This document shows positions 7,685 to 14,389 of a stretch of DNA of 14,389 bases, piece by piece. The translations under genes were made by a program, and so were the position numbers. Under the pieces are notes generated by a model. It saw only the letters and a list, made by a program, of their open reading frames with translations. It made no database searches and was not told the origin of the DNA. The stretch is from Candidatus Hydrogenedentota bacterium (GTDB lineage: Bacteria > Hydrogenedentota > Hydrogenedentia > Hydrogenedentales > SLHB01). The stretch covers positions 1 to 14,389 of the forward strand of contig BTWA01000066.1 in assembly GCA_045863295.1 (NCBI GenBank). Reading direction: 5' to 3'. The first letter of the stretch is position 1; each line of letters begins with the position of its first letter.

Positions 7685-8761
7685 TTATTGTATCAATAGC
7701 GGCAATTTGGCAAATCCGCTGCCGGGGTAAACCGCATTTCTTGGGGGAGTTCCCGGAACGAGCCCGACGCTGTCTGTGCGGGCCAACAATTCTTCCAGCC
7801 AGACTCGCATCTCGAGTCGCGCAAGCGGTGCGCCTGGGCAAACGTGCAAGCCGGCGCCGTACAGAAGATTCTTCTCCACATCCCGATCAAAACGAAAGCA
7901 ATCCGGTTCGTCAAAGGCCCGGCCATCACGATTGGCGGAAATCCACATGAGCGAGACTCGTTCGCCTGCGCCGATTTGCCGGCCATTGATTTCCACAGGC
8001 CGGGTTGTGACTCGCCGATTGACAACGAGGGGGCCGTGAATCCGCAGAATCTCATCGATGGCGGCAGGCAAGAGCGACGGCTCCGCCCGAAGTTGCGATT
8101 GAAGATCGGCGTGTTCGGCAAGATAATGAGCCAATATCCCAACGGCGGCGGAAATTGTCCCGATCTCCCCGACAGTCCAATTTCGCAGGATACTCGCTAT
8201 TTCTTCGTGGCTTAACGGTCGTCCCCAAACCGTGTCGTGCATGAGGGACGCCGTAATGTCGTCATCCGCCTTGGCGCCAGCTTCAAGCCGGTCCTCTATA
8301 AGCTCGTCAACCAAGTCCTCGAACTCCCGCGCAATCTCAGACATGACTTTGCGATCCTGGGCGAACGTGGCGACGTGGCTTTTCTGCGTCCAGCGGATGA
8401 TCGGTTCCTGCAACGTTGACGGCCAACCTAGAAAGGCGCATTGGGCCCGTGCCGCAAAAGGCAGCGCAAAATCAGCAACAAGCTCCACCTGACCACGTTC
8501 GAGCAGATCCTGGACCAGATCCACAACGAGGTTGCGGCAGATAGGCTCGAACGCCGCTATCCGCTCGCCGGAAAAATACCGTTCGACAATTGCACGATAT
8601 GCCGTATGCTCGGGTGGATCCATGCCGCTTGGAACAGACAAGTGCTCCGAAACGGTGCTGCTGAAGGTCTCGTGGTCTGAGAGCACGCGCATCACGTCCT
8701 CGTGCCGAAACACGGACCAATGCAATAACCCGCTGCACGCCACTGGGCAACGCTCGCGCAT
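7685..8761 (-). CDS. Cytochrome P450, probably 5'-truncated
   Basis: Motifs MDPPEH, I-helix NWTVGEIGT, EXXR (DEILR), SANRD and the heme motif YGAGLHVCPG. Similarity appears to continue upstream of the ATG (AAYDT-MRERCPV), but an in-frame TAG lies at 8813-8815 and no SD precedes the ATG. Confidence 0.9.
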   Translation of the reverse strand: MRERCPVACSGLLHWSVFRHEDVMRVLSDHETFSSTVSEHLSVPSGMDPPEHTAYRAIVERYFSGERIAAFEPICRNLVVDLVQDLLERGQVELVADFALPFAARAQCAFLGWPSTLQEPIIRWTQKSHVATFAQDRKVMSEIAREFEDLVDELIEDRLEAGAKADDDITASLMHDTVWGRPLSHEEIASILRNWTVGEIGTISAAVGILAHYLAEHADLQSQLRAEPSLLPAAIDEILRIHGPLVVNRRVTTRPVEINGRQIGAGERVSLMWISANRDGRAFDEPDCFRFDRDVEKNLLYGAGLHVCPGAPLARLEMRVWLEELLARTDSVGLVPGTPPRNAVYPGSGFAKLPLLIQ

Positions 8762-9052
8762 CGTGTCGTACGCCGCGGATATCGTGGCGTCCTGCTTCCT
8801 TGCGCAACGTCTCTATTCTGCCAACATCCTTGTCGTACCCGGCCACCAAATGGACATGATCAGCCTTGTTCAACAACAAGTTATGGCCCACTGCCCCCAA
8901 GTAAGCCATTCCGATTTTACACTGTTGAGTCGTCTTTGTGAGCTCCAGTTTCAGTTGGCAGGCTTTTCGGTTGTGTTCATCGGAAATTCCTTGGATGAGC
9001 CCGCCGTCAGATACATCGTCGAATCCCGCAGTCGCAAAACACCTTGCCTCTA

Positions 9053-9070
9053 GTAGTCGATTTCATTTGA
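9053..9070. repeat. IS630 left terminal inverted repeat
   Basis: GTAGTCGATTTCATTTGA, pairing with 10259-10276. Confidence 0.9.
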
Positions 9071-9135
9071 TTTTAGGCATGGCATAAGTGTGCCGATGAT
9101 CCTTTAGGGCAAGGATGCCCGGAAGGAGAGTCGCC

Positions 9136-10271
9136 ATGACCAAGAAGTATGTGGTGCGGCTGACCGCTGAGGAACGGACGCTGCTTGAACAAATGGTGAA
9201 GAAGGGAAAGAGCCAGGCGTACAGGATCAAGCATGCCAACATTTTGCTGGCCGTGGACGCCGATGGCCCAGCATGGTCTGATGGAGACACCGCCCAGGCA
9301 TTGCGTTGCCACCGGGGTACGGTGTGCAATGTGCGCCAGCGATTTGTGGGGCAGGGATTGGAGAGGGCCCTTGAGCGCAAGGAGCAACAGCGCCCGTCTC
9401 GTGAACGCATGCTGGACGGCGAGAAAGAAGCGCGCCTGATCGCCATTGCGTGCAGCAAGGCTCCGGAGGGCCGTGCGAAGTGGACATTGAACTTGTTGGC
9501 GGAACAACTGGTGGTGCTGGACGTGGTCGAGTCCGTTTCCAGGTCAACGGTATGGCGCACACTGAAAAAAACGAACTCAAGCCCCATTTGCGAGAGTGCT
9601 GGGTGATTCCACCCGGACACAGTGCGGAGTTCGTCGCCAACATGGAAGACGTGTTGGAAGTGTACAAGCGCCCTTACAACGCGGCATCTCCCGTTGTGTG
9701 CATGGATGAGCAGCCCACGCAATTGATCAAAGAGACGCGCAAGACCATCCCCGCCACGCCAGGGTGCCCCCCACGGGTGGACTTCGAATACGAACGCAAC
9801 GGCACCGCCAACCATTTCCTGTTTACCGAGCCCCTGGGGAATTGGCGTAAAGTCAGTGTCCGCGAACACAAGACGGCAATAGACTGGGCGCAGGAGATCA
9901 AGACCCTCCTCGACGACGAGTACCCTGCCGCCGCCAAAGTCATCCTGGTGTGTGACAACCTCAACACCCATAAGCCCGCCTCACTGTATGAAGCCTTCTC
10001 GCCCCCAGAAGCCCGAAGGCTTCTCAACCGGCTCGAAATCCACTATACGCCCAAACACGGCAGTTGGCTCAACGTAGCCGAGATCGAACTGAGCGTACTG
10101 ACCCGCCAGTGCCTTGACCGCCGCATACCCGACCTGGAAGCACTACGGAATGAAACCAAACAATGGGAGCGCACGCGCAACGCAAGACAGAAATCGGTAG
10201 TCTGGCAGTTCACCACTGAAAACGCCCGCGTAAAACTCGAGCGTCTATATCCACAAATTCAAATGAAATGA
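9136..10271 (+). CDS. IS630 transposase, OrfA (HTH, 9136-9606) plus OrfB (DDE) joined by a -1 frameshift at the A7 run 9565-9571
   Basis: An AAGGAG SD precedes the ATG at 9136 (MTKKYVVRLTAEER). A -1 slip gives ...TLKK/NELKPHLRECWVIPP. The catalytic triad lies in VCMDE, VCDNLNTH and WLNVAEIE. The fused product is about 378 aa and its stop lies inside the right IR. Confidence 0.93.
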
Positions 10272-10276
10272 ACTAC
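10259..10276. repeat. IS630 right terminal inverted repeat
   Basis: TCAAATGAAATGAACTAC, followed by the duplicated TA. Confidence 0.9.
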
Positions 10277-10288
10277 TAGTTCGATTGG

Positions 10289-12040
10289 TCAATACATCGG
10301 ATCTTTCTCGTCGCGGAGATACTGCTTAATTTCCTGAATCGTATCTAACTGAAGAATTCGCCTGACGAAGTCCTCGGCCTGTTGCAGGTGGGTTGAACGA
10401 ATCGTGTTCTTGATCTCGAGAATCTCACTGGGACTGACACTAAGACTTCGAAATCCCAGCCCGAGCAACAGTTTTGTGTAGGCCGGGTTACCGGCCATCT
10501 CGCCGCAAACGGAAATACTCTTGCACTTCGCTTTGGCCGCGGTCGCCAATGACGCTAGCACTTGCAGCACGGCCGGGTGTAGAGGCTCGTAATAGGACGC
10601 CACCTCGCTGCTCGTTCGGTCCGCAGTCAAGAGATACTGAACGAGATCGTTAGTGCCGATACTGAGGAAGTCAACTTCCTGGGCCAATCGCTCGATTAAG
10701 ATCGCGGCAGACGGGGTCTCGATCATCGCGCCGATCGAAACGCGAGGATTAAACGGCTGGTGTTCGACTGCTAGACTTGCCTTCACGCTTTCGATGGCCG
10801 CTTTGACCGCGAGCAGTTCTTCCATGCCACCTACCATGGGAAAAAGGATGGAGACGGGGTGAGTCGCGCTCAGGCGAAAAATGGCGCGCAATTGAGTCCG
10901 CAAAATCTCGGGATAAGCCAGCAACAGCCGTATACCCCGGCACCCCAACGACGGATTGGCTTCGAGTGGAAGTGGAAAGTATTGGAGCAGCTTGTCGCTG
11001 CCAATATCCAATACTCGAATAACTACTTCGCGCGGCTTCAATCGGTCCGCAGTGCTGCGGTATATCTCGTATTGCTCTTCCTCCGACGGGAGATGATCCT
11101 GTACGAAAAAGGCGAATTCGGTCCGATAAAGCCCAATGCCATCGGCATTCAACGTCGCAGCCGCCGCCGCATCGGCTGATTTGCCGATGTTGGCACACAG
11201 CTTGATCGCCACGCCGTCCCGCGTCACGGTGGGTAATTTAATCAGGCCCTGCAAATCCGTCTTATGGGCCTGAAGATCCGCTTCCAACTGGTCATACTCG
11301 CGGAGAATTGCCGAAGTCGGATTGATAAATACGCGTCCCGCCAAACCATCTATGATAAGTCGGTCGCCTGTGCGGATCAGTTTGGTGGCGTCCGAAACGT
11401 GAATCACTAACGGGATGCCTAACGCACGTGCGAGAATGGTGGCGTGGGCGGTTTGTCCGCCCTTTTCCACGACCAATCCGCGAATCTTCTGACTGTCTAA
11501 CTGAGCCGTAACGGAAGGCAACAACTCGCTGGTGACAATCACACTGCCGCCAGAAAGGGTAGGAATTCCGGGCGACTGGCTTTTGGTCAGATTGTCGAGT
11601 AACCGTTTTCCGACATCTCGCACGTCTGCCGCCCGTTCGCGGAAGTAACGATCTTCAATCTGAACAAATAAGGAAGCCATTTTTTCAATAGCCTCGTCCA
11701 CGGCGGTCTCAATATTTATCTTCCCAATCAGACATCGGGTACTGATCTCCTCACGGAGTGAGGGGTCGTGTAAAAGAAGAATCTGCGCCTCAAAAATCGA
11801 TGCCTCTTCCTTTCCAACTCTTTGCTGGACTTTTTTCTGCAAATCCAACAACTCCGTCTCTACCTCGGAAATTGCGGCATCGAGCTTCTCCATTTCCTTT
11901 TGAGCCTCGGTCTCGCTGATCACTCGTCGCGGACCTGTCGCGTGTTCTGCACAGGCGCACACCAGCGCAGGCCCTCGGGCCACGCCTGAAGATGCCACTT
12001 CGCCCAATATCATCGATGCAATTTGGCTGTTCTTGGTCAT
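10289..12040 (-). CDS. ptsP: Phosphoenolpyruvate-protein phosphotransferase (PTS enzyme I, PtsI-type architecture, no GAF domain)
   Basis: 583 aa with RERAADVRDV, the phospho-His motif GGQTAHATILARALGIP, GIGLYRTEF, RVLDIGSDK, EANPSLGCRGIR, MIETP, SIGTNDLVQY and VCGEMAG. A GAGG SD precedes the ATG. Confidence 0.95.
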   Translation of the reverse strand: MTKNSQIASMILGEVASSGVARGPALVCACAEHATGPRRVISETEAQKEMEKLDAAISEVETELLDLQKKVQQRVGKEEASIFEAQILLLHDPSLREEISTRCLIGKINIETAVDEAIEKMASLFVQIEDRYFRERAADVRDVGKRLLDNLTKSQSPGIPTLSGGSVIVTSELLPSVTAQLDSQKIRGLVVEKGGQTAHATILARALGIPLVIHVSDATKLIRTGDRLIIDGLAGRVFINPTSAILREYDQLEADLQAHKTDLQGLIKLPTVTRDGVAIKLCANIGKSADAAAAATLNADGIGLYRTEFAFFVQDHLPSEEEQYEIYRSTADRLKPREVVIRVLDIGSDKLLQYFPLPLEANPSLGCRGIRLLLAYPEILRTQLRAIFRLSATHPVSILFPMVGGMEELLAVKAAIESVKASLAVEHQPFNPRVSIGAMIETPSAAILIERLAQEVDFLSIGTNDLVQYLLTADRTSSEVASYYEPLHPAVLQVLASLATAAKAKCKSISVCGEMAGNPAYTKLLLGLGFRSLSVSPSEILEIKNTIRSTHLQQAEDFVRRILQLDTIQEIKQYLRDEKDPMY

Positions 12041-12047
12041 GTTTACC

Positions 12048-12224
12048 TCATTGTTTTTCCTCGATGTACACTGGAGCGATAGCGATCCCTTTGGGCGCGT
12101 AGTTTAGCGTCTTTAGCAGCCGATTCTCCTGTAAATGATTCCGGCCGACCGACAGATAGTTCGCTGCACGCCAGTAGGCGTCCATCTTGTCGAGCAGTTC
12201 CTGCGTGAGTATGTTTGTCTACGT
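12048..12224 (-). pseudogene. xfp: N-terminal remnant of xylulose-5-P/fructose-6-P phosphoketolase
   Basis: [36 protein letters not shown] versus the consensus L..[25 protein letters not shown]. The first codons read ACG TAG (inferred from ATG AAG), behind a GGAGAAGG SD located in the end of the DUF488 gene. Only about 40 of the roughly 800 residues remain. Confidence 0.9.
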
Positions 12225-12227
12225 GGT

Positions 12228-12893
12228 TTAACCTTCTCCAGGTGTGGTCTTCGCTTTGGGCTTTGGCCGTGAGCGTTCAGCAGGCGGTTTCTTTTCCGTG
12301 TTCCCTAACGCCTCAGTCGGATATGTAATCGCGATGCCACAAACTTTGGCGAAGGGCGTGAGGGTATGAACCTGACGGCGAGTGGCACTTGTGATCTCCT
12401 CGGTGCGAATCCCGCGAACGAGCAAGGCGTCTGCGATGAGTGAGCGATGACAGCGCCACGGCACCGCTTCAGCGCACATCAGGACGATTTGCTCCTTCTT
12501 CGCCAACTGGATCAATTCTTCGAGGCTCTGGGCGAATTCTGGCGTTTGCATGTAATCGGCATAACCGCGAAAGGAGGCATTGCGCCAGCCAGCGTTGACC
12601 GAATCGCGCTTCGCATAACGCAGGCCGCCGAGCCCTGGCATGTGTACGTATCCCAAACCGACCGTCTTCAATGAGCCTGGTAGCGAATCATTGTTGAATT
12701 GCGGGTTGTGCCGGGACCGCGGCACCGTGCGAACATCCACTACGCAAGTTGTCCCGTGTGCCTCAAGAAGTCGGATGAATTCCTCGATCGTGTGCGTGGA
12801 ATGACCAATCGTCATTACCAGCAGCAAAGGTCTTCCCCTCTGTCTGGTCTTTCCGACGCTATTAGCGACTCTCTTTATTCTCAGCGCGCTCAT
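12228..12893 (-). CDS. DUF488 family protein (long type)
   Basis: Motifs TIGHST, VDVRTVPRSRHNPQFN, LGGLR, FRGYADYMQT and LMCAEAVPWRCHRSLIADAL. The exact start is uncertain. Confidence 0.9.
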   Translation of the reverse strand: MSALRIKRVANSVGKTRQRGRPLLLVMTIGHSTHTIEEFIRLLEAHGTTCVVDVRTVPRSRHNPQFNNDSLPGSLKTVGLGYVHMPGLGGLRYAKRDSVNAGWRNASFRGYADYMQTPEFAQSLEELIQLAKKEQIVLMCAEAVPWRCHRSLIADALLVRGIRTEEITSATRRQVHTLTPFAKVCGIAITYPTEALGNTEKKPPAERSRPKPKAKTTPGEG

Positions 12894-13017
12894 CGCTTGT
12901 TTTTAGTTCCTTATGTGCCGATCCCTTGTGCATGGTTAGTCTTGTCGCTCTGAACCAAATACTGAGGCTCCTCTTTTGAGGCACGGACGATATAGGTCTT
13001 AAACTTGTTTCACTTGT
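12862..13017 (-). pseudogene. C-terminal remnant of a DUF2945 (HVA1/Tudor-like) protein
   Basis: KFKTYIVRASKEEPQYLVQSDKTN/(frameshift)MHKGSAHKELK versus DUF2945 YKGYxxHASxDEPQYEIKSDKTDHxAMHKGSALxK. Confidence 0.75.
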
Positions 13018-13434
13018 TGGCTGGCAATCGCGCGTATCACACTCTCAAGTATAGTGCCGAATCTGGGCGGCTTTATTTCACAGTTGCGCCGTGCAAATGC
13101 ACCAAGCGCAGTATCGCAAGGAGCGAGGGAATAAGACACGGCCACATCAGTGCAGCATCCGAGCAGACGTTCTAGGGCCGCCGTTACGCCTCTGCAGCAC
13201 CTCGGGGTGGAGTGTGGCAGCACCTACGACAACTCGAAACTGCGGCGCCTCAGGTCGCCCGCTCTGGGTGATGGCGACTACCGCAAGGCCAACTGACAAA
13301 GACAGCACCCGGCAGTAGGTTAAGTCGTGCATGCGTTCAACGATATTGTCCGGTCGACGGCGTAACGCCCAGATCGTTAGTTCCATGCGGAAAAGCGACG
13401 CCGGCTTTAGTTCAAAGGTGCTACGGGCCTCTAT
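12999..13434 (-). pseudogene. alkA: Truncated, frameshifted AlkA-family DNA-3-methyladenine glycosylase
   Basis: One frame reads TFELKPASLFRMELTIWALRRRPDNIVERMHDLTYCRVL...TQSGRPEAP. After a frameshift near 13190 the other reads VTAALERLLG..D...D..LG.....KPPRFGTILESVIRAIASQQV. It ends at the AIxxQQ motif, so the HhH-GPD catalytic part is missing, and there is no intact start. Confidence 0.8.
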
Positions 13435-13460
13435 ACGATCGCTTGATCTTGAAAAATCCG

Positions 13461-14389
13461 CTATGCCGGTAGTCGGCCGCGGAGGTCCTCGGCGCGGAAC
13501 GGTCCGGCCTCTGCGATGAGCTTCCGGGCGGAGTCCACCTGCCCCCAGACGTTCCATAGGAGCACGCCCCGTACCCGGCCGTCGCGCAGATAGTAGATCA
13601 CGCCCTCGCCGTAGGGCTCTTTCCAGTCCACCACGGTTTCCAGCCGGGCGTCCACCTCGCCGACTGCCTCGAACCCCAGCTCGAACAGGTCCGAGTAGAA
13701 GGAAGGGAGGTAGTCATAAGAGACCGCTCGACCGGCCATCGCTTGGCCCGCCAGCCGGCCCATCGCGTTGGCGTTGTCCTCGTGCTCGACGCGGAGACGC
13801 TTGTCCAGGGCGGGGTTATGAAAGTTGGCAACGTCCCCCGCCGCGTAGATGTCGGGATAGCTCGTTTGCAGTCCGCGGTCTACCCGAATGCCGTTATCCG
13901 CGTCTAGGCCGGCCGTCAGGGCTAGTTCCACGTTGGGCTGGATGCCGATCCCCGCCACTACGCCATCTCCAATGATTTCTCGGTCGCACTGGGTTTGAGC
14001 GTTGCGGGTTTTTAGAACCCTCTTCTCCTGGCGTATTTCCAAGCAGATCGCCTGTTCTCCGGTCAACACTTCGACCCCCTTCCGGCGGTAGAAGTCGTTT
14101 AGGAATGTTGTTAGTTCGGCCGGAAACATGCGGCTACAGATGCCGTCTCCGGGAAAGACCATTGCCACCTTCTTGCCACTCATCGATAGGGCGGCGGCGA
14201 TCTCCGATCCGATGAACCCGCCACCGACAACCGTGAACCGCTGGCCCTCATCTGTCAGCGCCCGCAACCGCTGGTAGTCGTCCAGGGTTCTAAAGTAGAT
14301 GATTTCGTCACCGCCGAACGGCAACCGACGTGGGGTGCCGCCGTTGGCGAGGAGCAGCTTGTCAAAGGTATAGATCATCCCCTGATCGT
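13461..14389 (-). CDS. NAD(P)/FAD-dependent oxidoreductase (ferredoxin reductase/AIF-like), 5' end outside the window
   Basis: Motifs DKLLLANGGTPR, VVGGGFIGSEIAAAL, GIGIQPN, IYAAGDVA, RVEHEDNA, FYSDLF and GVLLWNVW. The frame is open to the window edge and the first FAD GxGxxG motif is not in view. Confidence 0.9.
   Translation of the reverse strand, partial: DQGMIYTFDKLLLANGGTPRRLPFGGDEIIYFRTLDDYQRLRALTDEGQRFTVVGGGFIGSEIAAALSMSGKKVAMVFPGDGICSRMFPAELTTFLNDFYRRKGVEVLTGEQAICLEIRQEKRVLKTRNAQTQCDREIIGDGVVAGIGIQPNVELALTAGLDADNGIRVDRGLQTSYPDIYAAGDVANFHNPALDKRLRVEHEDNANAMGRLAGQAMAGRAVSYDYLPSFYSDLFELGFEAVGEVDARLETVVDWKEPYGEGVIYYLRDGRVRGVLLWNVWGQVDSARKLIAEAGPFRAEDLRGRLPA

Larger units (their letters stand above)
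9053..10276 (+). mobile_element. Complete IS630-family insertion sequence (1224 bp)
   Basis: Left IR GTAGTCGATTTCATTTGA versus reverse complement of the right IR GTAGTTCATTTCATTTGA (16/18 identical). TA flanks both ends (9051-9052 and 10277-10278). The reconstructed empty site is cctcTAgttcg, a CTAG target. It encodes a DDE transposase. Confidence 0.95.

Noticed and set aside
8813..9016. Stop-codon read-through or TGA recoding that extends the P450 upstream to MNTTEKPAN
   Set aside because: It would require passing two TGA and one TAG. Other genes here use TGA as stop, and the peptide is not P450-like.
9063..9971. 302-aa minus ORF and other ORFs inside the IS
   Set aside because: They are antisense shadows of the transposase.
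1..14389. CRISPR array, tRNA/rRNA, integron attC sites or regular repeats that would explain the cassette-like layout
   Set aside because: By eye I found no periodic repeats, no shared palindromic element at the junctions and no integrase. A covariance-model scan would be needed to exclude them fully.

Overview
This is a bacterial accessory, mosaic region in which almost all genes lie on the minus strand. In transcription order (right to left), the intact or near-intact genes are: a 5'-partial FAD/NAD(P)-dependent oxidoreductase, a DUF488 protein, a stand-alone PTS enzyme I, a cytochrome P450 with a damaged 5' end, a cytochrome b/molybdopterin oxidoreductase fusion, a type II NADH dehydrogenase and aconitase A. 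A complete IS630-family element (9053-10276, + strand) sits 10 bp after the enzyme I stop. It has imperfect terminal inverted repeats, a TA duplication in a CTAG site, and a two-ORF transposase joined at an A7 frameshift site. The most unusual property is that nearly every spacer consists of short decayed gene stubs, most of them absent from or unassigned in the ORF track. I read N-terminal stubs of alkA, xfp (phosphoketolase), gap, gnd and yeaO, and C-terminal stubs of DUF2945, a PP2C/SpoIIE phosphatase, yeaO and two paralogous small cupins. They are typically joined as the N-end of gene A to the C-end of gene B. This looks like a much larger carbon/redox metabolism island collapsed by repeated deletions. 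I found no CRISPR array, RNA gene or clearly new machinery. All family calls come from recalled motifs, not database searches.
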